Shown one piece after another: positions 1-10,379 of a DNA stretch of 64,000 nt; position 1 is the stretch's first letter, and each line of letters starts with the position of its first letter. This stretch comes from Spirochaetia bacterium (lineage in GTDB: Bacteria; Spirochaetota; Spirochaetia; SZUA-6; Bin103), in assembly GCA_965203905.1 (NCBI GenBank), contig CBDBDQ010000005.1, positions 1,536,001 to 1,600,000 on the forward strand, read 5' to 3'. Below the pieces are notes generated by a model. It did no database searches. It was not told the DNA's origin and worked only from the letters and a program-made list of their open reading frames with translations. Made by a program: the position numbers and the translations under genes.

Positions 1-1173
1 GGGGCGGAACGTGGAAACGGCGCCTTCCCGCCACATGCGATCCGGATCCTGCAGCAGCGGCACCAGGTCATCGCCGTCGAGGCGCTCATCCTCCCCCAGC
101 GGTAGCCGGCACAGGGTCACCAGGGTCGGGTACACGTCCTGCAGCGACACCGGACGCCCGACGCGCTGCCCGCGCCGCCCCACGCCGGGTGCGGCGACGA
201 CGAACGGAACGTGGGTGGCGCGCTCCCACAGGGTGGACTTGTGCCAGTGGCGCTTTTCTCCGAGGTGAAACCCGTTGTCGGAGTAGAACACGATGACCGT
301 TCGCGGCGCGCGGCCGCTGGCGTCGAGGGCGTCGAGAATGCGCCCGATCTGGGCGTCGGCGAAGGAGATGGTCGCCAGGTAGGCCTGCACCGCGGCGGCC
401 CACTGGTCATGTTCCAGCACCTTCTCGAAGCAGTTGCGGCGCGCCGCAGCCAGCTCGGCGCCGACCGCCGGCAGGCGTTCCAGGTCGCTGTCCATCAGCG
501 CGGGCAGCCGCACGCGGTCGAGCGGGTACTGGTCGAAGTAGCGCCGCGGTGCGTAGCACGGCAGGTGTGGGCGGAACAGGCCGCAGGCCAGGAACAGGGG
601 CCGGTCGTGCGGCCGGCGCAGCTCCGCGATCGCCCAGTCCGCGGCCTGCGCGTCGCCGTAGTCGGCCTCGGCGCGGTCGAGCACGCCCCAATCGAACTCG
701 TGCTCGTAGGGCACGATGCCGTTCAGCGGATGCCGCGGCGGAGCCGGCGCCGCGGGCACGTTGTGGTGCAGCGCGCCGCGGTCCCAGGGATCGTCGAACA
801 CCTGGTCGAAGTAGGCGTCCCACTGGTCGGGCGGGTTGAAGCCGTCGGTGTGGTGGAAGATCTTGCCGGCGCCCGCCACCCGGTAACCGGCCTCCCGGAA
901 GCGCATGGGGAGGGTTACCAGGTCGGGATGCGCGGGGCGCCACCAGTGCTGGTTGTCGTAGACGCCGGAGCGGTGCGGCGCCAGCCCGGTGAGGATGGCG
1001 GTACGCGAAGGGTTGCACACGGGCGACGGACAGTGGGCGTTGCTGAACAGCGTGCCGCGCGCCGCCAGCCGATCGATGTTTGGCGTGTGAACGCCCGGGT
1101 AGCCGTCCAGGCAGCCCACCCAGTCGTTCATGTCGTCCACGCACAGCAGCAGGACATCCGGCCGTTGCTTCAT
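1..1173 (-). CDS. Sulfatase (partial, runs off left edge)
   Basis: Manual translation from ATG 1173: MKQRPDVLLLCVDDMNDWVG...HTPNIDRLAARG...CNPSRTAILTG (CxPxR formylglycine motif), later GKIFH; missing from ORF track because no stop in window. Confidence 0.9.
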   Translation of the reverse strand, partial: MKQRPDVLLLCVDDMNDWVGCLDGYPGVHTPNIDRLAARGTLFSNAHCPSPVCNPSRTAILTGLAPHRSGVYDNQHWWRPAHPDLVTLPMRFREAGYRVAGAGKIFHHTDGFNPPDQWDAYFDQVFDDPWDRGALHHNVPAAPAPPRHPLNGIVPYEHEFDWGVLDRAEADYGDAQAADWAIAELRRPHDRPLFLACGLFRPHLPCYAPRRYFDQYPLDRVRLPALMDSDLERLPAVGAELAAARRNCFEKVLEHDQWAAAVQAYLATISFADAQIGRILDALDASGRAPRTVIVFYSDNGFHLGEKRHWHKSTLWERATHVPFVVAAPGVGRRGQRVGRPVSLQDVYPTLVTLCRLPLGEDERLDGDDLVPLLQDPDRMWREGAVSTFRP

Positions 1174-1202
1174 CGTCTGGTCCACGCCATTATGGCGCAT
1201 CG

Positions 1203-2252
1203 ATGGAAGCATGGCTGGCCGGTGTGGTTCAGCAACTACCCCTCGTGGCCCTGTTCGCGGTGATCGCGGGGGCGATCCTGGTCCTGGTGAAGGGCGCGGA
1301 CCTGCTGGTCGACCAGGCGGTTGCGCTGTCGCTGCGCTGGGGGGTGCCGACGATGCTGATCGGGGCCACCATCGTCAGCATCGGCACCACGCTGCCGGAG
1401 GCGTCGGTGAGCGTGTTCGCCGCCCTGCAGGGGGCGCCGGGCCTGGCGCTCGGCAATGCGGTCGGCTCGATCATCGCCGATACCGGGCTGATCCTCGGTC
1501 TCGCCATCATCATCGGGAGGGTACCGGTCGAGAAGCGGCTGGTCAGCCGGCAGAGCTGGATCCAGGTGGCGAGCGCGGTGCTGCTGGTGGCGGTGTGCGT
1601 GCCCTACCTGGCGCTGCGCGGCATGTTCAGCGACGGAGGCAGGTTGCCGCAGTTGGTGGGGGTCGCCTTCCTGGTGCTGCTCGCACTCTACCTGTGGCGC
1701 TCCATCGCCTGGTCCAAGGATGCCCCCGCCCCGGACGGGGAGGAGGAGGTTCACGCCGACGCCGATGCGGGCACGCTGCTCACCCTGCTGAAGTTGGTGG
1801 CGGGACTGGCGATGGTGGTGATCGGATCGCGCCTGCTGATCCCCGCCGTCGAGGAGACCGCCCACCGGCTGCAGATTCCCGATGCGATCATCGCCGCCAC
1901 GCTGGTGGCGTTCGGCACCTCGCTCCCGGAGCTGGTCACCTCGGTGACGGCGGTGCGCAAGGGACACGGGGCGCTGGCGATCGGCAACGTACTGGGCGCC
2001 GACGTGCTGAACGTGCTGTTCGTGAGCGGCGCGGCGGCCGCCGTGACCCGTGGCGGCCTCGAGGTTCCGCCGCAGTTCTTCTTCCTGTTTTTCCCCTCGA
2101 TGCTGTTCGTGGTGCTGGTGCTGCGGGTCGGCGTGAGCCGTGCGGAGGGCCAGTTCAGCAAGGGGTTCGGCTTCGTGTTGCTGGTCGCCTACCTGATCAC
2201 CGTGGTGCTCGGCTACGTGGTGCCGGACGCTCCCGGCGACCCGCACGGCTGA
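1203..2252 (+). CDS. Ca2+/Na+ antiporter (YrbG-like, CaCA family)
   Basis: Two alpha-repeats GTTLPE / GTSLPE each followed by GN(A/V)(V/L)G; multi-TM. Confidence 0.9.
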   Translation: MEAWLAGVVQQLPLVALFAVIAGAILVLVKGADLLVDQAVALSLRWGVPTMLIGATIVSIGTTLPEASVSVFAALQGAPGLALGNAVGSIIADTGLILGLAIIIGRVPVEKRLVSRQSWIQVASAVLLVAVCVPYLALRGMFSDGGRLPQLVGVAFLVLLALYLWRSIAWSKDAPAPDGEEEVHADADAGTLLTLLKLVAGLAMVVIGSRLLIPAVEETAHRLQIPDAIIAATLVAFGTSLPELVTSVTAVRKGHGALAIGNVLGADVLNVLFVSGAAAAVTRGGLEVPPQFFFLFFPSMLFVVLVLRVGVSRAEGQFSKGFGFVLLVAYLITVVLGYVVPDAPGDPHG

Positions 2253-2273
2253 GCGAGCGACCGCCGGCCGGCG

Positions 2274-2777
2274 GTGGTGATGCTGATTGCCCTGGGCGGT
2301 CTTCCCGGCGTAGGAAAGTCGGCCCTCGCCAGGTCGCTGGCCCGGCGCATCGGGGCGGTGCATCTGCGAATCGACACGATCGAGCAGGCGCTGCGGAACG
2401 CGGGCCTCAATGTGTTCGGGCCGGAGGGGTATCTCGTAGCTCGCGATCTTGCCGAGGACAATCTGCGCCTCGGCCACACGGTCATCGTCGACTCGGTCAA
2501 TCCAGTGGGGGCGACTCGCGACTACTGGCGTGAGACCGCGGCGCGACTGGCGGTGGAACTGGTGGAGATCGAGGTGGTGTGCAGCGACAAGCACCAGCAT
2601 CGCAGGCGCGTCGAGTCGCGCAGCACCGACATCCCCGGTCTCGTACTCCCGACCTGGCAGCAGGTCCTGGATCGACACTACGAACCGTGGACGACGGCGC
2701 ATGTCGTCGACACCGCGGGGCGCACGTTGCAAGACACCCTGTCGCAGGTCGAGGCGATCGTGGCGCGAACAAAGTAG
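2274..2777 (+). CDS. Small P-loop kinase (AAA_33-like)
   Basis: N-terminal GLPGVGKS Walker A, VIVDSVN; 167 aa. Confidence 0.8.
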   Translation: MVMLIALGGLPGVGKSALARSLARRIGAVHLRIDTIEQALRNAGLNVFGPEGYLVARDLAEDNLRLGHTVIVDSVNPVGATRDYWRETAARLAVELVEIEVVCSDKHQHRRRVESRSTDIPGLVLPTWQQVLDRHYEPWTTAHVVDTAGRTLQDTLSQVEAIVARTK

Positions 2778-3146
2778 CGGCCGGCGGCACGAAGAGCTGC
2801 ACGTCACGCGCGCCATCCCGGCCAACAAGCACCAACAAGCGCACGGTCTTGCTTCAGTCGCGACCGGCGCGCTACCGTAACCGGCGAAGTACTCCCCACC
2901 GGCCCGTGTGCCCCAGTGCAGCGTGACGATCTGAACGCCTCCGCCGTTGTGGACGATCATGCGCAGACGCCCAGGCGGGGCACCAACGCCGTATCCCGAA
3001 TTCAGTAGTTGTCCCTACCGAGTTGCGCCCGCGCTACACCTATAGCGGGCGACGTGTCCGCAATGGATTGGAGGTGAACCATAACATCGAAGAGAGCCCA
3101 AGCTCCGAGTGAGTGGCCAAGCGTTCTCAGAACGATTCCCCGGGCG

Positions 3147-4946
3147 GTGCTGCTGTTCTTCCGGGCAGCACCGGGCCTGTCGTCGTTGCAGGGTGCCCTG
3201 ACCTTGATCCGCGCCGTGCTGCCGCTGGTTGTCCTGGGCGTCGCGAAGCTGTTCGTGGACGTGGCGACGGAACTCATCACCGGAACACCCGTCGTGCTGC
3301 CGCTGGTGGGTGTGCCGGCCGATCCGGTGCGCGCGCTGTACCTGCTGGGCGCCTTGCTGCTGGCCGTCTGGCTGCTGGACAAGGCGGCGTGGGGCGTCGA
3401 GGAGGTGGTGCGGACGTACTCCACGAACCGGGTCGAGGGCTACGTTCATGCGCTCATCATGCGCAAGTGCAGCACACTCGATGCTGCGTTCTACGAGAAT
3501 CCGAAGTATCTCGACATGCTCGAGCGGGCCGTGCGGGGCGCCCTGATGAACTCGCTGAGCTTCATGTGGGGGTTCTACTTCCTGTTGAGCGCGGCGACGG
3601 CGCTGGTTGCCACCCTGGCGATCCTGTCGACCATACACTGGGCGATCCCCGTGGCGATGGTCGTCTCGGCGTTGCCGCAACTGATCGCGACCAGCCACTT
3701 CTCCAGACGGGGTTGGGCCCTGGAGAACAGCCTGGCGCCCCACTACCGGCTGCTGAAGTATCTCACCGGACTGATGAGCGAGCGGCAGGCCGCGAACGAG
3801 GTGCGGCTGTTCGGGCTGTCCGCCTATTTCGTTCCCAGGTTCCGGGAAGTAAACGCGCAACGGCTGCGGCGCGAGCGGTCCTTTACGCGTACGAGCACGC
3901 TGTGGCGCGCAACCCTGGGCTTCATCGCGGACGCGGCGGTAGCCGGGGTGTGGGTGTTCATAGCGCTGCGGGCGCTGGCGCGGGCCATTTCCGTAGGAGA
4001 CGTGGTCCTCGGTACGCAGGCAGCGTGGCGCTGCAAGCAAGCGCTGGAGGCTACGTTCAACTATGGTGGGCAGTTCTTCGAGCAGAGTCTGACGCTGGTC
4101 AACCTGTTCGCCTTTCTGGACCTCGATCCGGCGAGCGTGCCGGGAGCGCTGCGACGCGTCGCACGAAGCGCGGGCCGGCCCTTGCCGGCGACCATCGACC
4201 GCGTCGAGTTCAGGCACGTGAGCTTCGCGTACCCGGCGGCAGAGCGGAACGTGTTGCACGATGTCAGCTTCACCATGGTGCGCGGCCAGACGGTTGCAGT
4301 AGTCGGCCGCAACGGCTCCGGCAAGACCACCATCGTCAAGCTTCTCACGCGCCTGTACGATCCGACTCGGGGGCTGATCCTCATCAACGGCAACGACATC
4401 CGGGAGTTCGATCGCGCCGAATTGCAACAGCGATTCGCGGTGGTATTCCAGGACTGTGTGCGGTATGCGCTGACCGCGCGCGAGAACGTCGGATTCGGCG
4501 ACCTCCGGCACGTCGACGACCTGTGGCGGATCGCCGATGCCGCCGCCGCCGCGGGCGTGGCCCAGGATCTGGCGACCCTTCCCGACGGCTACGAAACATT
4601 CCTCGGCGGACAGTTCGGCATCGGGCGCGACATGTCAGGCGGGCAATGGCAGAAGATCGGGCTGGCACGGGGATTCATGCGGCGCGGTTCACTGTTCGTT
4701 CTCGACGAGCCGACGGCGCACCTGGACGCCCTCGCGGAACGGGAAGTGTTTCGTTCGTTCTTGGCGCGCACGGCGGGAATGACCTCCCTGCTGATCTCCC
4801 ACCGCTTCTCCAATGTGCGTCTTGCCGACCGCATCGTGGTACTGGAGACCGGGCGCGTCGTCCAGGAAGGAACCCACGCCGAGCTGGTCGGGGCCGACGG
4901 ACTCTACTCGCGAATGTTCGAGGCGCAGGCGGGCGGCTATCGCTAG
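3147..4946 (+). CDS. ABC exporter, fused permease/ATPase (start may be upstream at 3081)
   Basis: N-terminal TMs, GRNGSGKT, SGGQWQK signature, LDEPT, ISHR. Confidence 0.9.
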   Translation: MLLFFRAAPGLSSLQGALTLIRAVLPLVVLGVAKLFVDVATELITGTPVVLPLVGVPADPVRALYLLGALLLAVWLLDKAAWGVEEVVRTYSTNRVEGYVHALIMRKCSTLDAAFYENPKYLDMLERAVRGALMNSLSFMWGFYFLLSAATALVATLAILSTIHWAIPVAMVVSALPQLIATSHFSRRGWALENSLAPHYRLLKYLTGLMSERQAANEVRLFGLSAYFVPRFREVNAQRLRRERSFTRTSTLWRATLGFIADAAVAGVWVFIALRALARAISVGDVVLGTQAAWRCKQALEATFNYGGQFFEQSLTLVNLFAFLDLDPASVPGALRRVARSAGRPLPATIDRVEFRHVSFAYPAAERNVLHDVSFTMVRGQTVAVVGRNGSGKTTIVKLLTRLYDPTRGLILINGNDIREFDRAELQQRFAVVFQDCVRYALTARENVGFGDLRHVDDLWRIADAAAAAGVAQDLATLPDGYETFLGGQFGIGRDMSGGQWQKIGLARGFMRRGSLFVLDEPTAHLDALAEREVFRSFLARTAGMTSLLISHRFSNVRLADRIVVLETGRVVQEGTHAELVGADGLYSRMFEAQAGGYR

Positions 4947-4954
4947 CGAGAGGG

Positions 4955-4976
4955 GCCGCTCTTCGGAGCGGCTGTT
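4955..4976 (+). terminator. Hairpin, possible intrinsic terminator
   Basis: GCCGCTC-TTCG-GAGCGGC right after ABC stop; weak U-tract (TGTT). Confidence 0.45.
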
Positions 4977-5083
4977 GCATTGCAGAGTTGACCCAACAGC
5001 AGGATCCGTGGAGGCCATTCTGAGGTCGCTCGCCTCTCGACAGCCACCGGGCAGGTGACGTAAATTGCACCTACCGAACCACA

Positions 5084-6628
5084 GTGATGACCTCAGTCGA
5101 ACAGCTTCATCCGCTTGAAGTACGTACCCTGCGCGCGGTCGCCGAGGAGGCGCCGTTCACCGCGGCCGACCTGATGGCCGCTGCGGAGATGAACCTGGGC
5201 CAGTGCAACCAGGCGTTCAGCTGGCTGCTGGACAAGGGGCTGATCGCAGAGCGCGAGCGGGTGCAGGAGACGCGCTACGAGCTGACCGAGCTGGGCGAGC
5301 AGTACCGGCGCGACGGGATGCCGGAGGAGCGCATCGTGGGCCTGCTGCGCGACGCGGGGCCGTTGCCGATGCCGGAGATCGCCTCCCGGCTGGAGCTGCA
5401 GCAGCGCGACGTGGGCTCCGCGTACGGTTCCCTGGCGCGCGAGGGCGTGCTGGCGATGGACGGTGGCAAGCAGGTGAGCGTGGGCGGGGGCGAGAGCGAG
5501 CGGGTGGCCACGGTGCGCGGGCTGCTGGAGCGGCTGGCCGGCGGCGGCACCCTGGCGGCGGAGGCGTTGAGCGCTGCCGAGCGGGCGCAGGCGGCGGCGC
5601 TGAGCCGCAAGCGGGGCGCCGCGCGCGGCGTGTTCCGCGCCACCGAGACCGAGACGGTCAGCTACGTTCTTACCACCGCGGGACACGAGGCGCGGGACGC
5701 GGCCGCAGCCGCCGGTCTCAGCGGTGTGGAGGTGGGGGCGCTGACCCCCGACATGCTGGCCGACGGGTCCTGGCGCGAGGTGCAGTTCCGCCGCTACAAC
5801 GTCAACTCGCCGCCGGGGCGGGTGCTGTTGGGCCGGCGCAACCCCTACACCGCCTACCTGGACCGGGTGCGCGACCAGCTCACGGCCCTCGGCTTCGAGG
5901 AGTTCGACGGGCCGCTGGTAGAGACCAACTTCTGGTGCCTGGATGCCCTGTTCATGCCGCAGTTCCACGCCGCCCGCGAGGAGCACGACGTCTACTTCAT
6001 CAAGCAGCCGCGCCACGCCAGCCACCTGCCGGAGCCCTACCTGGAGCGCGTCGCGGCCACCCACGCCGACGGCTGGCAGACCGGCAGCCGCGGCTGGGGC
6101 TACCGCTTCGACCCCGACTTCGCGCGCCGCACCATCCTGCGCAGCCACGGCACCGTGGTATCGGCCAGGACGCTGACCCGCGCCAAGGTGCCGGGCAAGT
6201 ACTTCGGCATCATGCGCTGCTTCCGGCCCGACGACGTGGACGCCTCGCACCTGGCCGACTTCTACCAGACCGAGGGCATCGTGCTCGGCGAGCACGTCAA
6301 CCTGAAGACCCTGCTCGGGCTGCTGAAGCTGTTCGCGGAGGAGGTGGCGGGGGCGGCGAGCGCCGACGTGCGCTACGAACCCGCCTACTTCCCGTTCACC
6401 GAACCGTCGGTGGAGGTGTTCATCCGCCATCCCACGGTGGGCTGGATCGAGCTCGGCGGATCGGGGATCTTCCGCCCCGAGGTGACCCGCCCGCTCGGGG
6501 TCGACGTGCCGGTGCTGGCCTGGGGCCTGGGAATCGACCGCATGGCGATGATGTCGTTGGGCATCGACGACATCCGCGACCTGTTCTCGCCCGACCTGGA
6601 CCAGGTGCGGCGCCGCGTGGCGCACTGA
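5084..6628 (+). CDS. pheS: Phenylalanine--tRNA ligase alpha subunit (long archaeal/eukaryotic type)
   Basis: Long N-terminal extension, DALFMPQFHAAR, YFPFTEPS, ELGGSGIFRPE, AWGLGIDR. Confidence 0.95.
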   Translation: MMTSVEQLHPLEVRTLRAVAEEAPFTAADLMAAAEMNLGQCNQAFSWLLDKGLIAERERVQETRYELTELGEQYRRDGMPEERIVGLLRDAGPLPMPEIASRLELQQRDVGSAYGSLAREGVLAMDGGKQVSVGGGESERVATVRGLLERLAGGGTLAAEALSAAERAQAAALSRKRGAARGVFRATETETVSYVLTTAGHEARDAAAAAGLSGVEVGALTPDMLADGSWREVQFRRYNVNSPPGRVLLGRRNPYTAYLDRVRDQLTALGFEEFDGPLVETNFWCLDALFMPQFHAAREEHDVYFIKQPRHASHLPEPYLERVAATHADGWQTGSRGWGYRFDPDFARRTILRSHGTVVSARTLTRAKVPGKYFGIMRCFRPDDVDASHLADFYQTEGIVLGEHVNLKTLLGLLKLFAEEVAGAASADVRYEPAYFPFTEPSVEVFIRHPTVGWIELGGSGIFRPEVTRPLGVDVPVLAWGLGIDRMAMMSLGIDDIRDLFSPDLDQVRRRVAH

Positions 6629-6649
6629 GCGGGGCGAGCGAGAGGACCG

Positions 6650-8389
6650 ATGCCCACGATTGACGTACGTGACGAGCTGCTTGCCGACCTGCTGGGGGAG
6701 ATTCCCGCACCTGACGAGCTGGAACGGCTGGTGTCCACCGCCAAGGCGGAGGTGGAAGACTACGATGCCGCCACCGGCGTGCGCCGGGTGGAGCTCAAGG
6801 ACACCAGCCGTCCCGACCTGTGGTCCACCCCCGGGCTGGCGCGCCACCTGCGCTGCTACCGCGGCGACGGGCTGCCCGACTACCCGTTCGCGGCCCCTGG
6901 CGCGGCTCCGGTCGACACCGGCGAGCGGGTGGTGGAAGTGGACCCTGCATTGGAGCGGATCCGGCCCTGCATCGCCGCCTTCGTGGCAGTCGGGCCAGCG
7001 GTCAGCGAGGCGCTGCTGCTGGAATTGATCCAGTCGCAGGAGAAGCTGTCCGACAGCTACGGCCAGCGCCGCCGCGCCATCGCCATGGGCCTGTACCGCG
7101 CCGACGCCATCGAGTGGCCGGTGCGCTACCGCGCCGCGCCGCCGGACACCCGCTTCGTGCCGCTCGGCTTCGAGCACGAGCTGTCGCTGACCGAAATTCT
7201 CGACCAGCACCCCAAGGGCAAGGAATACGGCCACATCGTGCGCGGGCAGCCGGCGTTCCCCTACCTGGAGGATGCCGCCGGCGCCACGCTGTCGTTCCCG
7301 CCGGTGATCAACAGCGCCGGCCTGGGCAGCGTGGAGGTGGGCGACGACCACTTCTTCGTGGAGCTCACCGGCCCGCACCTGGAGACGCTGCTGCTGACGG
7401 CGTCGATCGCGGCGTGCGACCTGGCCGATGCCGGCTACGCCATTCACCCCGTGCTGATCCGCTACCCCTACGACACCGCCCACGGCCGCGACGTGGTGAC
7501 TCCGCGCTACTTCCAGGCCGAGACCACCGTCGAGCTGGCCAGCGCCGAACGCCTGCTGGGCGAGCCGATCGCTCCCGAGGAGGGACGCCGGCTGGTGCAG
7601 CGCATGGGCAGCCGCGCCCGCGTCGAGGGGGCATCCCTGGTGGTGACCCCGCCGCCCTACCGCAATGACTTCCTGCACGCCGTCGACGTGGTGGAGGAGA
7701 TCGCCATCGGCCGTGGACTGGACAGCTTCGAGCCGGAGCTTCCGGACGAGTTCACCCCCGGTCACCTGGGCGCGGCGACCCGGTTCAGCCGCTCCGCCCG
7801 CGACGTGCTGGTGGGCCTGGGCTACCAGGAGATGATCTTCAACTACCTGGGTGCCCACCGCGACTACACCGAGCGCATGAACGCCCCGGACCGGGTGCTG
7901 GTCGAGGTGGCCAATCCGATGACCGAGAACTACGCCGTGGTGCGCGACTCGATCATGCCCTGCCTGCTGGCCGCCGAGATGAGCTCCCAGAACGCCGCCT
8001 ACCCGCACCGTATGTTCGAGGTAGGCAAGGTAGCGCTCCCCGACGCCTCCAACCCTACCGGCTCGCGCACCGTGGACGCCTGCACCCTGCTGCTGGCAGA
8101 CCGCGGCGCCGGCTTCAACGACGCCAGCGCCCACCTCGCCGCGCTGCTGTTCTACCTCGGCGCCGAGCACCGCCTGGTCGAGCTGGACGACCCCCGCTTC
8201 ATCCCCGGCCGCGCCGCGCAGGTGAAGGCGGCCGTGGCGGCCGACGGGGAGCGCACCTGGACCGCCATCGGCGTCGTCGGCGAGCTACACCCCGCCGTAC
8301 TGGAGCAGTGGTCGATCGGCATGCCCTGCGCCACCGCCGAGCTCGACCTCGACGCCCTCCGCAGCACGCTGCAGAACGCCGGCGCCTGA
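6650..8389 (+). CDS. pheT: Phenylalanine--tRNA ligase beta subunit (short archaeal type)
   Basis: MPTID start, RPDLWS, LSFPPVINS, PPYRNDFLHAVDVVEEIAIG; 579 aa; follows pheS. Confidence 0.95.
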   Translation: MPTIDVRDELLADLLGEIPAPDELERLVSTAKAEVEDYDAATGVRRVELKDTSRPDLWSTPGLARHLRCYRGDGLPDYPFAAPGAAPVDTGERVVEVDPALERIRPCIAAFVAVGPAVSEALLLELIQSQEKLSDSYGQRRRAIAMGLYRADAIEWPVRYRAAPPDTRFVPLGFEHELSLTEILDQHPKGKEYGHIVRGQPAFPYLEDAAGATLSFPPVINSAGLGSVEVGDDHFFVELTGPHLETLLLTASIAACDLADAGYAIHPVLIRYPYDTAHGRDVVTPRYFQAETTVELASAERLLGEPIAPEEGRRLVQRMGSRARVEGASLVVTPPPYRNDFLHAVDVVEEIAIGRGLDSFEPELPDEFTPGHLGAATRFSRSARDVLVGLGYQEMIFNYLGAHRDYTERMNAPDRVLVEVANPMTENYAVVRDSIMPCLLAAEMSSQNAAYPHRMFEVGKVALPDASNPTGSRTVDACTLLLADRGAGFNDASAHLAALLFYLGAEHRLVELDDPRFIPGRAAQVKAAVAADGERTWTAIGVVGELHPAVLEQWSIGMPCATAELDLDALRSTLQNAGA

Positions 8390-8442
8390 CAAAGCGACAA
8401 AGGCTCGCTGCGACATGCCATTGTGGTGGTATATCCCATGCT

Positions 8443-8688
8443 ATGATGGCCAGTTATCGAGGTGTCGCAAAAGTGTTCTGGAGTGGCAGAAATCAGGCGG
8501 TCCGGCTGCCGGCGGCGTGCCGGTTCGAGACCTCCGAGGTCGAGGTGATCAAGCAGGGAGACCAAGCCAGCCTGCGTCCGCGTGGGAAGAACTGGCGCGC
8601 CTACTTCGACCGCGAGACGCGAGGTTCACTGCCGGCGAGGCAGCAGCCACCGCTTGAAGAGCGGGACCAGCTCCGTGGAGGAGTCTGA
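8443..8688 (+). CDS. VapB/VagC-type AbrB-fold antitoxin (no adjacent toxin)
   Basis: AKVFWSGRNQAVRLPAACRF motif typical of VapB. Confidence 0.85.
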   Translation: MMASYRGVAKVFWSGRNQAVRLPAACRFETSEVEVIKQGDQASLRPRGKNWRAYFDRETRGSLPARQQPPLEERDQLRGGV

Positions 8689-8708
8689 CAACCCGCAAGG
8701 GAGGCGTA

Positions 8709-10238
8709 ATGCTGACCCGCATAGAAGTAGATGGCTTCAAGAATCTGGTTGATTTCACGCTGGATTTTGGGCCCTACAACTGCATCGCGGGCGTGAACGG
8801 GGTAGGCAAGTCGAACATCTTCGACGCGATTCGCTTTCTGTCGTTGTTGACCGACCACACGATCAATCAAGCCGCTCTGCAAATTCGGAGTCCAGAGCAG
8901 GACACCGGCGAAGTCGGCGATCTGTTCTTTTCCGCGAGTGGCGAGACCAGGAAACGCATCATCATGGCGGTCGAGATGATCGTCGACAGTGACGTGGTTG
9001 ATGATTTCGGCCGGCCAGGAGTCGCTTCATCTACCTTTCTTCGTTATGAAGTTGCCTTTCGCCACGAGCCTCCGTCGCGCTCCGCTGGTCCGCTCGGCGG
9101 CCTGGTCCTGGAACGCGAGGAGTTGCGTCACATTCCATCGGGGGAGGCCGCCGAGCGCCTGAGATTCTCACACAACAAGCGTCAGTTTCGAAACAGCGTA
9201 ATCTACAACAAACGGCGCGGGTCTGGATTTATCTCTACGCGGCATGACAAGACCATCGTCATTCACCAGGATGGCGGTTCGTCCGGACGGGCGCGTCCAG
9301 CAGCGCCCGCGGAGCGCGCGCCACGCACCATCGTTGGGACCGAGAATACCGCGGCGACCCCCACAATCCTGTCCGCACGGCGAGAGATGCAGCGCTGGCG
9401 TATCCTGGCGCTGGAGCCGTCGGCGATGCGGCGGCCAGACAGGTTCACCGACGAACCCGGAATCACCACCGACGGAGGACACATACCGGTTACGCTGCAT
9501 CATCTGGATACGCAGAGTCCGTGCTCCGATGCTGCCAATGGTCCTGACGATGACATCATGAGCAGGATTGCGAGCAGGCTGTCGAGTCTTGTCCCGGTGC
9601 AGGCAGTGCGCGCGGTGCGCGACGATATACGGCAGCTCTACACGCTGGAGCTGGAAGAGCACACCGGTGTGCGGTTGCGCGCCAATGCGATTTCCGACGG
9701 CACGCTGAGGTTCCTGGCGCTGACGGCGATCGCCGAGGCCACGGACGCCACCGGCGTCTATTGCATGGAAGAACCGGAGAATGGCATCCACCCTGAAAAA
9801 CTTGGGGCCATGAACCAGTTACTGCACGACATCGCCGTCGACCTCGATGAGCGCGTCGATTCCGACAACCCGCTGCGGCAGGTGATCGTCGCGACCCACT
9901 CGCCCTATTTCGTGCAGCTCCAGAGTCCGGAGGAGTTGGTGATCGCCAAGAACCCCGCCGTGAGAGCATCCGCCAGCGAAGCGATCTGGCCGCTGAGGTG
10001 CTACCCGCTTGCCGGTACGTGGCGGGTTCCGAAGCAGCAAGCGGAGAAGCCTGCGGTGATCGGGTTGGGCAAGTTGGAGCTGCAGTCCTATCTGCTGCCG
10101 CCGGACGATGCCCAACTCAGATTCCCGGACGAATTCTGGCCGGAACAGCATCAGGAAAACGATGACAGTGCGAACCGGCTGCTGGCGGCGCGCCGGTTCG
10201 AGACCTCCGAGGTCGACGTGATCAAGGAGGGAGACTAG
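8709..10238 (+). CDS. ABC-like ATPase (AAA_21 type)
   Basis: MLTRIEVDGFKNL, GVNGVGKSN, ISDGTLR, MEEPENGIHP, ATHSP; lower GC. Confidence 0.88.
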   Translation: MLTRIEVDGFKNLVDFTLDFGPYNCIAGVNGVGKSNIFDAIRFLSLLTDHTINQAALQIRSPEQDTGEVGDLFFSASGETRKRIIMAVEMIVDSDVVDDFGRPGVASSTFLRYEVAFRHEPPSRSAGPLGGLVLEREELRHIPSGEAAERLRFSHNKRQFRNSVIYNKRRGSGFISTRHDKTIVIHQDGGSSGRARPAAPAERAPRTIVGTENTAATPTILSARREMQRWRILALEPSAMRRPDRFTDEPGITTDGGHIPVTLHHLDTQSPCSDAANGPDDDIMSRIASRLSSLVPVQAVRAVRDDIRQLYTLELEEHTGVRLRANAISDGTLRFLALTAIAEATDATGVYCMEEPENGIHPEKLGAMNQLLHDIAVDLDERVDSDNPLRQVIVATHSPYFVQLQSPEELVIAKNPAVRASASEAIWPLRCYPLAGTWRVPKQQAEKPAVIGLGKLELQSYLLPPDDAQLRFPDEFWPEQHQENDDSANRLLAARRFETSEVDVIKEGD

Positions 10239-10341
10239 GTCACCCTGAGTCCGCGCAGAATGAACTGGCGCGCCTACTTCGACAGGGGCACGTGAGTCTA
10301 CTGCCCCCGAGCCAGCACACACCTCTCGAAGAGCGGGACCA
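10175..10341 (+). pseudogene. Degenerate second copy of the vapB 3' part (direct repeat of 8502-8669)
   Basis: Shared CCGGTTCGAGACCTCCGAGGTCGA, AACTGGCGCGCCTACTTCGAC, GAAGAGCGGGACCA; internal TAG. Confidence 0.85.
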
Positions 10342-10379
10342 TGAACACGTCGCTTTGGATGGCGCGCACGGTTGTGCAG

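Noticed and set aside
2778-3060. Gene remnant or peptide precursor upstream of the ABC exporter
   Set aside because: No convincing start, RBS or recognisable motif
4976-5083. T-box leader for pheS
   Set aside because: Leader is short and lacks a T-box consensus
5093-8170. 1025-aa minus-strand ORF and similar long antisense ORFs (e.g. 211-1263, 27868-29928, 54297-55892)
   Set aside because: High-GC shadows of recognised genes on the opposite strand; no motifs
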